From a virus: DNA of 64,000 nucleotides. Below are positions 9,053 through 17,770 of this stretch, in pieces (positions within the stretch are counted from its first letter, which is position 1; each line of letters starts with the position of its first letter). Both the position numbers and the translations under genes were made by a program. The notes beneath the pieces were generated by a model. That model had not been told where the DNA came from and ran no database searches. It worked only from the letters and a program-made list of their open reading frames with translations. Where the stretch lies: the IMG/VR virus record IMGVR_UViG_3300045921_000191, positions 32,001 through 96,000 of that record; one strand, given 5' to 3'.

Positions 9053-10713
9053 TCCAGTCCCATCATAGCCAAGGGATTAGGCTTACCTTCGTTTGAGCTA
9101 GCGGCAAGAACTACCGCACCACCCGTGGTTAGTAGTAGGCCAGCAATTGATACTGCGTTCTCAAGAGCAGATTTGGCCACTTTTGCTGGATCAACAATTC
9201 CAGATTCCAAAAGATTGCAAAAGACTTTACGCCTAGCGTCAAATCCTTTGCCAAGTTCAGTCGATCCTAATTGATGAAGGATTACCGCAGGATCAAGGCC
9301 AGTATTAGTAATGATTTGTTTAATCGGTGCTTGAAGAGCTTCTTGCATGATCTTTCCAGCAATCGTATTGGTATTGATTTCTTTTGAAATCTCAAAGAAA
9401 GTCGATCCTCCGCCTGGAAGAATACCTTCTTGAATAGCCACGCGAGCTGCACAAAGCGCGTCCTCGATACGATCTTTTTTCTCAAGCATCTCAAGTTCGG
9501 TCTCACCGCCTGCGCGAATAATAGCAATACCGCCTACAAGCTTACCAATTCGGATACGAAGATTTTCTTGATCGAATTCGTATTGTTTAATCTCAAGGCC
9601 CTTTTTAAGATCATCCACGCGAGATAGAATTGCTTCCTCATCACCTGCACCTTTAAAAATCACAGTCTCTTCTGATCCAACTTCAACTTTATCGCAAGAA
9701 CCTAAATCGTCAGAAGAACCATCTTTTAGTTCTCTAATTCCTTTAGAAAAAACTTTACCGCCTGTAAGAACCGCGATGTCTTCCAAAATCTCAGTGATTG
9801 CATTGGGACTTCCGTCAAATGGAGCTTTGATAGCTACGATTGGAAGTTTACCTTGAACTCGGTTAGCTAGGAGCATGTTCTTTACGTCATCTGAGAAATC
9901 AGAAGCGATAATAAGAAATGGAACTGGTTTTTGAATTTGACCACTTTGAGGGTCAACTTCCATTACACTCATCATGAGTTTTGCAAGCTCATGAAGCTCT
10001 GAAAGTTTGCCGTTATAAAGAAGCACTGCTGGCTTCTCTAGCTGCGCACAGTCTTTAACCTTGTCAGTAACAAAGTGTGTTCCGAATGGTCCAAAAGACT
10101 TCCAGCCCTTTTTGTAGACCGCACCTTGTACGACACTCAACTCAGTATGACGTGAGTTGGCGTCCTCGACTGTAACGTGCCCATCTTCTCCGACTTGCTC
10201 TAGAGCATCGGAAACGATTTGAGCGATCTCTTCTTCTCCGTTCGCGGAGATTTTAGCAACGTTATAAACGTCCTTGAGACCCACTGGGATTTTACGCTCA
10301 TCGATTTTTGCGATGATTTCGTTTTTAATAGCTTTGAGTTCGTCGTAAAGCTGAATACCGTTCATTCCACGAGCGAGTTGCGAATAGCCAGCTTTAAAAA
10401 TAGCTTCGGCAAGTACAATGGCGGTAGTCGTTCCGTCGCCAGCTTGATTTACGGTATTCTTAGCAACTTGAAGAACGGCTTTAGCTATGGTGGACATAGC
10501 GTGATCTTTAAAATCTACAGATTCAGCGACAGTCACTCCGTCTTTAGTAATGAGTGGTCCGATTGGCGAGCCGTCTGAATTTTGCCCAGTGCGCTGGATA
10601 ATAATAGGATTCCCACCTGGGCCTAGGGTCGCTTTAACAACGCTTGCCATCTCTTCTACAGCAGCGAGAGCTTTCTTTTTGGAAGCATCAGAACTGAGAA
10701 TTGTCTTGCTCAT
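9049..10713 (-). CDS. groEL: Phage-encoded group I chaperonin GroEL
   Basis: TLGPGG, ITKDGVTVA, AGDGTTTA, KDRIEDAL, EGILPGGG, GIVDPAKV. Confidence 0.95.
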   Translation of the reverse strand: MSKTILSSDASKKKALAAVEEMASVVKATLGPGGNPIIIQRTGQNSDGSPIGPLITKDGVTVAESVDFKDHAMSTIAKAVLQVAKNTVNQAGDGTTTAIVLAEAIFKAGYSQLARGMNGIQLYDELKAIKNEIIAKIDERKIPVGLKDVYNVAKISANGEEEIAQIVSDALEQVGEDGHVTVEDANSRHTELSVVQGAVYKKGWKSFGPFGTHFVTDKVKDCAQLEKPAVLLYNGKLSELHELAKLMMSVMEVDPQSGQIQKPVPFLIIASDFSDDVKNMLLANRVQGKLPIVAIKAPFDGSPNAITEILEDIAVLTGGKVFSKGIRELKDGSSDDLGSCDKVEVGSEETVIFKGAGDEEAILSRVDDLKKGLEIKQYEFDQENLRIRIGKLVGGIAIIRAGGETELEMLEKKDRIEDALCAARVAIQEGILPGGGSTFFEISKEINTNTIAGKIMQEALQAPIKQIITNTGLDPAVILHQLGSTELGKGFDARRKVFCNLLESGIVDPAKVAKSALENAVSIAGLLLTTGGAVVLAASSNEGKPNPLAMMGLE

Positions 10714-10913
10714 TTGTCGCTCGCTTCCTCGACTTTAGTAGGTACGATAGCAGAAGCCATACGGTCGGCCATGGCCTGCATTTGGCGCTCGTTTAGAGTA
10801 TCAACGATGAATTTCTCAAAGTCCTCTACCATACCTTTTCGAATATGTGGAATGCTGCCTTTATTAACTTGCCCGTGAAGAAACTCTAGAACCTTAAGTT
10901 TAATATCTTGCAT
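10710..10913 (-). CDS. Hypothetical protein
   Basis: 67-aa ORF, ATGA overlap with groEL, first gene of the operon. Confidence 0.65.
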   Translation of the reverse strand: MQDIKLKVLEFLHGQVNKGSIPHIRKGMVEDFEKFIVDTLNERQMQAMADRMASAIVPTKVEEASDK

Positions 10914-10919
10914 ATCTTG

Positions 10920-10948
10920 CTTTTACACCCTTTCCTGTAGTGCGTCAA
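10920..10948 (-). promoter_or_regulatory. Promoter of the leftward replication operon
   Basis: TTGACG-N17-TAAAAG preceded by TG, ending 6 nt before the ATG at 10913; the -10 is imperfect. Confidence 0.45.
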
Positions 10949-10962
10949 CAACAATTTTGACA

Positions 10963-10991
10963 ATGACAACTTACGACTAATACGCTAAGCT
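10963..10991 (+). promoter_or_regulatory. Promoter of the helicase gene
   Basis: ATGACA-N17-TAAGCT ending 6 nt before the GTG at 10998; no SD in between. Confidence 0.45.
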
Positions 10992-10997
10992 GATCAT

Positions 10998-12650
10998 GTG
11001 ATAAAGATAACAGTTTCTAACTCATATTGTCAAGTGGAAAACTCGACGACTTTTCAGGATGAGAAGTTTGCGAAGGAATTGTCGTATCTTGATCAGAATG
11101 TTAATTTTCAATACAACAAAAACCTAAGATACATCAAAAGCTTAAATGACAAGATTTCGTCGGATCGTTATAACTCAGCCGCTAAAGTAGGCTTTCAGAG
11201 TGAACTAAAAAGAATGCTATTCTTAACTCGCGAGCTTGAAAAGGCTCGCGTTATCTTTCTTTATAAAAATAAGAAGTTCCCTTCTGGACTTTTGCCCAGA
11301 TTCCTTGACTATTTATATTCTGAAAAAATAGACGTAGAAGTTCTTGACAAACGTAAAAAGCCTAAAACTAATCAAATTAAATTCGTGACTCAAAAGCCTC
11401 TGCCACAACTTCGTTACTGCCAAAAAGATGCCGTGAAACTCGCTGTTAGCGAGGGTCGTGGAATTCTAGTAATGCCAACTGGAGTTGGTAAGACAGTAAC
11501 TGCGGTTAAGATTGTCTGGGAACTAGGTCTTCCTACTTTGTTCGTGGCTCCTAGTAAATCAATTGCTGAAATGATGTTTGACACTATGACTGAGTTTTTT
11601 GGTAAAGGGAAAGTGGAAAAGATCACCTCGAAGACCAAAGTCACTAAGAAGCCAATTGGCATCTGTAATATTCAAGGACTTATCAAGGTTCCACCTTCAG
11701 CCGTGAAACAGTTTCAAGTAGTTGTAATTGATGAATTTCATCATTGTCTAGTAGGTGGGACTAAGCTTTTTACTGATAAAGGGGTAAAAAGTATTAAACA
11801 AGTCTTTGATTTTGAAGAGGAGATTAAAGTATTAAGCTTTGACAAACAAGCCAAGCAGTTTGAATTTAAAAAGGTTTTGAATAAATTTGAATACAACGCT
11901 CCTACCAGCTTTATTAAAATCCATTTAGATAATGGTAAAAAGTTAGTTCTTACAGAAGACCATTTAGTATTAACGAATACAGGTTATAAAAAAGCAAAAG
12001 AACTCAAATGCACCGATATTCTAATCGACGGTAAATATACGTGCTTTATTTGCAATAAAAATTTTGAAGATGAGTGTTCTTTAGGCGGTCATATAGCTGG
12101 GCACTTGACTCCTACGGAAGTTAAATTGGAAAATGCTAAACGAATGCTAGCGAGTCCAAATTGGAATTCAGAAAAGGCTAGAAAATTAAATAGCAAATCT
12201 AAAATGGGTGATAAAAATCCTTCAAAAAGGCCAGAAGTTAGAAAGAAAAAAAGCGAATCTCAAAAGCGCTGGTTTAACTCCCTATCTTCTGAGGAAAAAG
12301 CTTGGAGAATTCAAACATTCGTAAATGCACCACTTCAAGGACTTAGAAAAGGTCCTACCTCTTTGGAAAGAAGAATCATAGAATTAAATATTAAGGATCT
12401 TAGATTTGTTGGAGACGGAAGTTTGTGGTTTAAATCTAAAAATAGATATCTAAATCCAGATTTCATAAAAGGAAATAAAGTTATTGAAGTAGGAGATGTG
12501 GAATTTTGGCATTCACAGGAAGATATAGAAGAAAGAATCAAATTACTAGCTAATGTAGGTCTAGAGTGTTTATATCTCACTTCTGATCAATTAAAATTGT
12601 TAAATAATGATGATCTTAAGAAAGTTGTACAGGAATATCTAAATGGCTAA
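10998..12650 (+). CDS. SF2 (DExH, UvsW/XPB-like) helicase N-terminal half fused to an N-intein and homing endonuclease
   Basis: LRYCQ, Walker A MPTGVGKT, IDEFHH, then intein block A (CLVGGT) at residue 250 and block B (LTEDH), followed by C2H2 finger, NUMOD3-like and Vsr-like nuclease segments. Confidence 0.9.
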   Translation: MIKITVSNSYCQVENSTTFQDEKFAKELSYLDQNVNFQYNKNLRYIKSLNDKISSDRYNSAAKVGFQSELKRMLFLTRELEKARVIFLYKNKKFPSGLLPRFLDYLYSEKIDVEVLDKRKKPKTNQIKFVTQKPLPQLRYCQKDAVKLAVSEGRGILVMPTGVGKTVTAVKIVWELGLPTLFVAPSKSIAEMMFDTMTEFFGKGKVEKITSKTKVTKKPIGICNIQGLIKVPPSAVKQFQVVVIDEFHHCLVGGTKLFTDKGVKSIKQVFDFEEEIKVLSFDKQAKQFEFKKVLNKFEYNAPTSFIKIHLDNGKKLVLTEDHLVLTNTGYKKAKELKCTDILIDGKYTCFICNKNFEDECSLGGHIAGHLTPTEVKLENAKRMLASPNWNSEKARKLNSKSKMGDKNPSKRPEVRKKKSESQKRWFNSLSSEEKAWRIQTFVNAPLQGLRKGPTSLERRIIELNIKDLRFVGDGSLWFKSKNRYLNPDFIKGNKVIEVGDVEFWHSQEDIEERIKLLANVGLECLYLTSDQLKLLNNDDLKKVVQEYLNG

Positions 12651-12786
12651 GATTTTGAAAATAGAAAGAATTGCAAATTCTTACGAACTAGATCAATACA
12701 GAACTCGTCGCATTTATTCTAAAGTATACGATATCGAAGTAGAAAAGAATTCAAATTTTGTTGCAAATGGAATAGTAGTTCATAAC
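11745..12786 (+). mobile_element. Split intein (IntN plus HEN 11745-12650; IntC 12643-12786) inserted just after helicase motif II
   Basis: Cys1 at 11745; VYDIEV..NSNFVANGIVVHN|S ends at 12786; removal restores DEFHH-SAAETY; segment is more AT-rich than its flanks. Confidence 0.9.
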
Positions 12787-13473
12787 TCAGCCGCTGAAAC
12801 ATATCAAGAGGTTAACGAGAAGCTTTTGAACGAGGCCTACTTCCGCATTGGTCTAACGGCCACTAACTTCAGGAACGACGGCGCAGATCTTGCACTAGAG
12901 GCTGTTTTGAGCGAAGTCCTTTATGAATATACGGTTAAGCAAGCTTTTGAAGATGGCTTCTTGGTTAGGCCCAAATTTAACATTATACCTATCTCATTCC
13001 CCTCTGAGGGCAAATATCAGGACGTTTACCGCCAAGGTATCGTTGAGAACGTTCAGCGCAACAGAGTCATCTCAGAGCTTGCTATAGAGCATAAGAAAGA
13101 CTCTGTGATTATTTTAGTTCAACAAATTGAACATGGGGAATTGTTAAAAGGTTTGATTCCAGGTTCAGAGTTTATTAATGGTCAGGAAAAAGACACCATG
13201 CGTCAGAAGGCTATGGCCGACTTTCGTAAAGGAAAGCTCAAGTGTTTGATTGGTACTTCAGTGATTGGAGAAGGTGTTGACCTTCCAATTGCAAACGTGC
13301 TCATCATGGCTGGTGGTGGAAAGGCCAGGAGTCAGATCATTCAGAATATCGGTAGAGTATTAAGACTTTATCCTGGTAAAGATGGTGCTTTGATTTACGA
13401 CTTCACAGATCAAGATGGCTCGTTTCTTCAAGAGCATTCAATGCTTCGTCGTGAAGTTTATTCAGGATATTAA
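12643..13473 (+). CDS. C-intein fused to the SF2 helicase C-terminal half
   Basis: 48-aa IntC, then motif III GLTAT, motif V GEGVDLP and motif VI QNIGRVLR; AGGA RBS at 12631-12634. Confidence 0.9.
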   Translation: MAKILKIERIANSYELDQYRTRRIYSKVYDIEVEKNSNFVANGIVVHNSAAETYQEVNEKLLNEAYFRIGLTATNFRNDGADLALEAVLSEVLYEYTVKQAFEDGFLVRPKFNIIPISFPSEGKYQDVYRQGIVENVQRNRVISELAIEHKKDSVIILVQQIEHGELLKGLIPGSEFINGQEKDTMRQKAMADFRKGKLKCLIGTSVIGEGVDLPIANVLIMAGGGKARSQIIQNIGRVLRLYPGKDGALIYDFTDQDGSFLQEHSMLRREVYSGY

Positions 13474-13773
13474 AAGGTAAGCTATAGCTTTATTTAGAAG
13501 CTTTTCGCTGTCTTTAAACATTCCTAGACCTACGTTGCATTTTCTGCACAATAGGCCTCTAGTTTTGCCAGACTGGCGATTGTGATCTATACAGATCTTA
13601 TCTTTTGGAACAAAATCTTCGCAGATAGCGCATTTTCCTAGCTGAATTTCATACATTTTTTCAAAGTCTTCAAGACTGATCTTATATAGGTTTTTTAATT
13701 TAGACTTCCTGGCAGCTTTGGCTTGCGCAAGCGCAGGACGTTTGGAACACGATTTACACCAAGACTGTAAACC
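13462..13773 (-). pseudogene. 5'-truncated endonuclease VII-like HNH homing endonuclease
   Basis: Frame reads GLQSWCKSC...KLKNLYKISLEDFEKMYEIQLGKCAIC...IDHNRQSGKTRGLLCRKCNVGLG. In-frame TAA at 13774-13776, and the first ATG is internal (13656). Confidence 0.7.
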
Positions 13774-13777
13774 TTAC

Positions 13778-13822
13778 AAAAAGCAAAACCCCCGATCACT
13801 CCTTCCTAGGATGATCGAGGGT
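13778..13822 (-). terminator. Rho-independent terminator closing the tail operon
   Basis: ACCCTCGATCA...TGATCGGGGGT stem followed by TTTGCTTTTT. Confidence 0.75.
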
Positions 13823-13851
13823 CGCTGTCCTTTGCCGAAGCTTAGGAGGGA

Positions 13852-14259
13852 TTACGGCTGTTCAGGCCATTCAGGGTTCAGAGGATCTAGAGTATTCTCA
13901 GGAAGATCGCGAAGGTTTTGACGATAGGTCGCCCAAAGAGCTTTATCTTCAACTGAAAGAGGTGAATCAGGCAACTGAGTCCAATCACAAGCGCTCAAAC
14001 GCGTGTTGCGTTCTGCACGAAGTGAGTTCATATCTTGCTCAGCAGCAGCCTCTTGAAGTGCAGCATCGACTTGCAGTTCCAACTCGTTTTCTTCATTTAG
14101 AACAGCTTTCATTGCTCTGGGATCGCCAGAAGCTAATTCCAAGTGAGCAAACTGTTCAGGTTGACCCCAAGGTCCACCATACATTCCCTGATTGGCTTCT
14201 TCGGCATCATACCAGCTTGCGATTTCGAGGGTTTCTTTGTTTACGATTGCTACTTTCAT
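13852..14259 (-). CDS. Tail fibre assembly chaperone
   Basis: LRAERNTRLSACDWTQLPDSPL...WATYRQNLRDLP...WPEQP signature. Confidence 0.85.
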   Translation of the reverse strand: MKVAIVNKETLEIASWYDAEEANQGMYGGPWGQPEQFAHLELASGDPRAMKAVLNEENELELQVDAALQEAAAEQDMNSLRAERNTRLSACDWTQLPDSPLSVEDKALWATYRQNLRDLPENTLDPLNPEWPEQP

Positions 14260-14318
14260 TTCTTTTCTCCTTCGAGCTACTAGCTCTTAATTAAACCCAC
14301 TAATTTTGTGGGCGTTGT

Positions 14319-15383
14319 TTACAATTCTGCGTCGAACCCAAAATTTGATATACTTATAAGAGCAGCGTCAGTCAGACCATGACCACTTTTTGTCGCAGTA
14401 ATTTCCAAGTCACAAGCATTAAGAGATGCCGTGTAAGCACTTAGACTAAGTGAAAAACCACTTTGGGCAGTATTGCCAACAGTTCTTACTTGCCAGTTAG
14501 TTCCTTCAACATTGTTTATAAGTGTAGGGGTTGCTCTCATTGGGACTGGAACACGCAATCCGAAGACGATGGTGTTAGCGGTAGGCACACATCCAGCGCG
14601 GTTTCCGAGGTTGCCGTTAGTGAGGAAGGAACAATATCTCTGACAAAGAGCCAGTTCATCAGCGTAGCTTTCTCCAGCCAAAGAGAAAGGAGCCGTCTCA
14701 GTTCCAACATTTAACATTACTTGAGCAATTCTAAAATTAGTCGCTCCAGTATTAACGCCGTTGACCTGATTGGATGTGGCGTATAGGTTTCCAGATTGCC
14801 AAACGTCTTGTGCGGCTTGAAACGAAGTTCCTGCGGCTAATATAAAGCGTAGCCAAAGGCCGACGCCGTTGGAATAGTTCCACGTTCCTGCGGACGGAGT
14901 GGCTTTTAAAGGTATTACAATCTTTTCCCAAGTATTGGCTGAAGTGATTGTGTACTCTTTAATGTAATTCAAATCTAACGCAGAATTAGCCAAAGAGACG
15001 CAATAAATTCCAGGAATAGTTGCTTTTACCCAAAAACTGAGTACCATTGGTTTTTGAGCAATTCTTGCAAAATTAAAACCTTCAATTTTTTGAGCAAGAT
15101 ACATGAGATCGCCAGCAGCAATTGAAGTATCTGGGGTTGTCAAATTTAGTCGAAGTGATCTAGTAGATACTACTCCTGACTCGGCAAAAGTTGGAACGTC
15201 GGTATCCTGAGAAACCGTATGAACCATTGCTCCAACTTTATGATATACCCATCTATCCAAAGAATAAGCCCCATTTGCTATTGCTGCAAAACTAGTTCCT
15301 CGCTGGGCGAAGTCCATATTACCGTTAATAATAAAATTTTGAAGAGGATTATCTCTTAGATCTAAATTTAAAATTTTAGCCAT
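14319..15383 (-). CDS. Tail fibre / receptor-binding protein, paralog 1 (CBM-like)
   Basis: NFIINGNMDFAQRG...LSFWVK...ELALCQRY...DAEL; next to the fibre chaperone. Confidence 0.7.
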   Translation of the reverse strand: MAKILNLDLRDNPLQNFIINGNMDFAQRGTSFAAIANGAYSLDRWVYHKVGAMVHTVSQDTDVPTFAESGVVSTRSLRLNLTTPDTSIAAGDLMYLAQKIEGFNFARIAQKPMVLSFWVKATIPGIYCVSLANSALDLNYIKEYTITSANTWEKIVIPLKATPSAGTWNYSNGVGLWLRFILAAGTSFQAAQDVWQSGNLYATSNQVNGVNTGATNFRIAQVMLNVGTETAPFSLAGESYADELALCQRYCSFLTNGNLGNRAGCVPTANTIVFGLRVPVPMRATPTLINNVEGTNWQVRTVGNTAQSGFSLSLSAYTASLNACDLEITATKSGHGLTDAALISISNFGFDAEL

Positions 15384-15392
15384 ATATTCCTC

Positions 15393-16481
15393 TTAAAGTT
15401 CCGCGTCCGCAGTCCAATGCATTTTAATTTGTGCTCCTGCCGTTTGACTGTTAACTAATGCACCAAAATTTCGGTCGTTGGATTCAGAACCTATTGTAAG
15501 AGCTACATCAGAGGCGCCGACTCGGATTTGGTTGACCGCGCCCGTATCTGCACTATAAAGAATAACAGAAGGTGAAGCTCTCTTGCGTACAGCATAAGTA
15601 TTTCCAATTCTAAGTTGACCAGTCGAACCTACGCTGCCCCAATCAGGACCAGCATTGCTTATCGCTGCTGGAACTACATCGATTGCGTAGCTTTTTTCAT
15701 AGTAACGTTGGCAAAGAGCAAGCTCTTCTTGAATGGTTCTTCCTGCGCGAGAAAAGCCAGTGGCCCCCATGCTGGAACCTTCAACCAGAGATACTTGAGC
15801 AAATAGCATATTGTTAGTATTCAAATCCATAATATTTGCAAATGCTGCAGCAGTAGTCGTGTAAAAAGTACCAGTTGACCACGCGTTTAGGCTTCCACCT
15901 TGCCAAGTTGTTCCTTGGGCCGCTGGAGCTAATGTGATTTCCATTGCAAGTTGATTATCAAACAAGTAAGCCCCAGTGCTTTCAAAAGTCACTGCTACAG
16001 TTTTGAATTCCCAAGTATTAGCGGCGCTGATTGCAAATGTTGAAATTAAATTTCTATTTGGGCCAGAAACCGTATTAAAAGCTACTGGAAAAGTTCCTGT
16101 CTTAGAGGACTTGACCCAGAAAGATAAAGTACAAGCTTTTCCATGAAGACGTTGGTAGTCTTGACCTTCCATGCGGTAGGTAAGAGGACGCACAAGATCT
16201 CCAGCAGCAGGAGAGGTAAGAGCAGTTAAACAATTGAAGCGGTAGCTGTATAAAGACGCGTTTCCCGATTGTGCAGGAGTAGGAACATCAGTAGATCGCA
16301 GAATTGAAAAGTTTTTAGAAGTAGCTCCAGTGCCGTAACAGCTCATGCGATCTGCCGTATAAAGGTATACCGTAGAAGCCGTATTCACTGTAGTAGTTGT
16401 GCCTACCACTCGTTGCCAAAAATCAAAATTACCATTTATGATAAAGTTTCGATCATTTCTATCAATTCTAGGTGTTCCCAT
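15393..16481 (-). CDS. Tail fibre / receptor-binding protein, paralog 2
   Basis: NFIINGNFDFWQR...LSFWVKS...ELALCQRYYEKSY...HWTADAEL. Confidence 0.7.
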   Translation of the reverse strand: MGTPRIDRNDRNFIINGNFDFWQRVVGTTTTVNTASTVYLYTADRMSCYGTGATSKNFSILRSTDVPTPAQSGNASLYSYRFNCLTALTSPAAGDLVRPLTYRMEGQDYQRLHGKACTLSFWVKSSKTGTFPVAFNTVSGPNRNLISTFAISAANTWEFKTVAVTFESTGAYLFDNQLAMEITLAPAAQGTTWQGGSLNAWSTGTFYTTTAAAFANIMDLNTNNMLFAQVSLVEGSSMGATGFSRAGRTIQEELALCQRYYEKSYAIDVVPAAISNAGPDWGSVGSTGQLRIGNTYAVRKRASPSVILYSADTGAVNQIRVGASDVALTIGSESNDRNFGALVNSQTAGAQIKMHWTADAEL

Positions 16482-16494
16482 TACTCATCCTTCC

Positions 16495-17742
16495 TTAAGG
16501 CACAAACGTAGGCTTGCCATTTAATTGAACATCTCCAGAAACGACCCACTCGGTGGCTGCGGCATTTGCTGCCACGAGCATAGTCGCAGCATTATTGTTT
16601 GCTACGGCGTACCATCCGATAGATCCGCCATTGTTTCCAGCAGCGCAGCAGGCCTGACCAGATGTAAAACCATTTGCAAATGTTAACCCAGTAAATGTTA
16701 AGGTTGTTGAAGTGGCGGAAGCAGTTGTGCCTCTTAGATTAAACTTCATCCTCCATGAGCCATCCCGAGTTCTATAAGGAACTCCGACTCCTTTTGTCAG
16801 GGAGAAAGAGTTGGTGCCAGAAACAGTCAAATCATACTGAGTCAAGGCTGAAAGATTATCTCCTACGTAATTATCAATACTCTGCTTATTGCTGAGTACA
16901 GTATCACCAAAAGCTTTACGCTCCACTTCCGTAGGCGAAGCGGTCAAGTAATCCGTTACTGGATTACCAAACGCAATCGCAGCATCTTCAGCTAATCGTT
17001 GAATGATCCCTTGTTGACGCTCAAGATCTGAAAAGATCTGAACATCGCCACTGTAAATCTGAAATCCGATCTCAAACTGAATCAAATCACTTTGAACAGC
17101 AGGAGCGTTATTGAGTTCTATAGTAGTTCCGTACCCATTGCCAGCATCAATTTCTTGATAGTTACCATCAGCGCTAGGAGAGGCTGTAGCGTTACCTGTG
17201 TTACGAACTTGTAATACACCGTTACGCCAGATCTTAACTGCTCCAATTTGCATTGCAGCATTTTCGTTAACTTTGAAAATAGATCCCAAGTTGACAGTAG
17301 TGTTTCCTACGGGAACTTCTACAGTTCCTTTGATATTACGGCCTTCGCTAACGATTAGATCGCTAACAGGCACTTGATCAATCACACCTTCAAAAATCTC
17401 ACCATCAGCAGCACCTACGTTTAAGTAGTTACCAATGAGCATGATAGTTGTTGCGGTTACTGGAATAAAATCTAGATCTTGAATGAGCATTCCGCCCAAA
17501 GAAGATTTAAGTGAGAGGTTCTTTTTATTGATGGTTAGACGCGCAGCAGCAATTTCAGCAGCCGAGGCGTTAACAAAACTTGGCATTTCAGGAGGAGTCG
17601 TAAGAGCGTTCAAATCGATAGTCGTTTGCCCCAGAGTTGCCTTATGAGCAAAACGAATTTTACGCGTTGCGACAGCAGGAGAACGCGAAGGAGCAACGTC
17701 CTTCTTCCTGATCGAGATAGCTTGTTTTCCGAAAGTACTCAT
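16495..17742 (-). CDS. Tail-associated structural protein
   Basis: Beta-rich; contains the RNGVLQ module seen in neighbouring tail proteins; tail cluster context. Confidence 0.55.
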   Translation of the reverse strand: MSTFGKQAISIRKKDVAPSRSPAVATRKIRFAHKATLGQTTIDLNALTTPPEMPSFVNASAAEIAAARLTINKKNLSLKSSLGGMLIQDLDFIPVTATTIMLIGNYLNVGAADGEIFEGVIDQVPVSDLIVSEGRNIKGTVEVPVGNTTVNLGSIFKVNENAAMQIGAVKIWRNGVLQVRNTGNATASPSADGNYQEIDAGNGYGTTIELNNAPAVQSDLIQFEIGFQIYSGDVQIFSDLERQQGIIQRLAEDAAIAFGNPVTDYLTASPTEVERKAFGDTVLSNKQSIDNYVGDNLSALTQYDLTVSGTNSFSLTKGVGVPYRTRDGSWRMKFNLRGTTASATSTTLTFTGLTFANGFTSGQACCAAGNNGGSIGWYAVANNNAATMLVAANAAATEWVVSGDVQLNGKPTFVP

Positions 17743-17770
17743 ATTCCTTTTACCTTATTCTAATCAAAGA

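Noticed and set aside
10710-10913. GroES co-chaperonin
   Set aside because: Too short, helical in character, and lacks the PL.DRV and mobile-loop motifs.
13718-13921. Plus-strand 67-aa ORF and the GCTTGCGCAAGC palindrome
   Set aside because: Overlaps a terminator and two minus-strand coding regions, has no RBS, and a single 12-bp palindrome can occur by chance.
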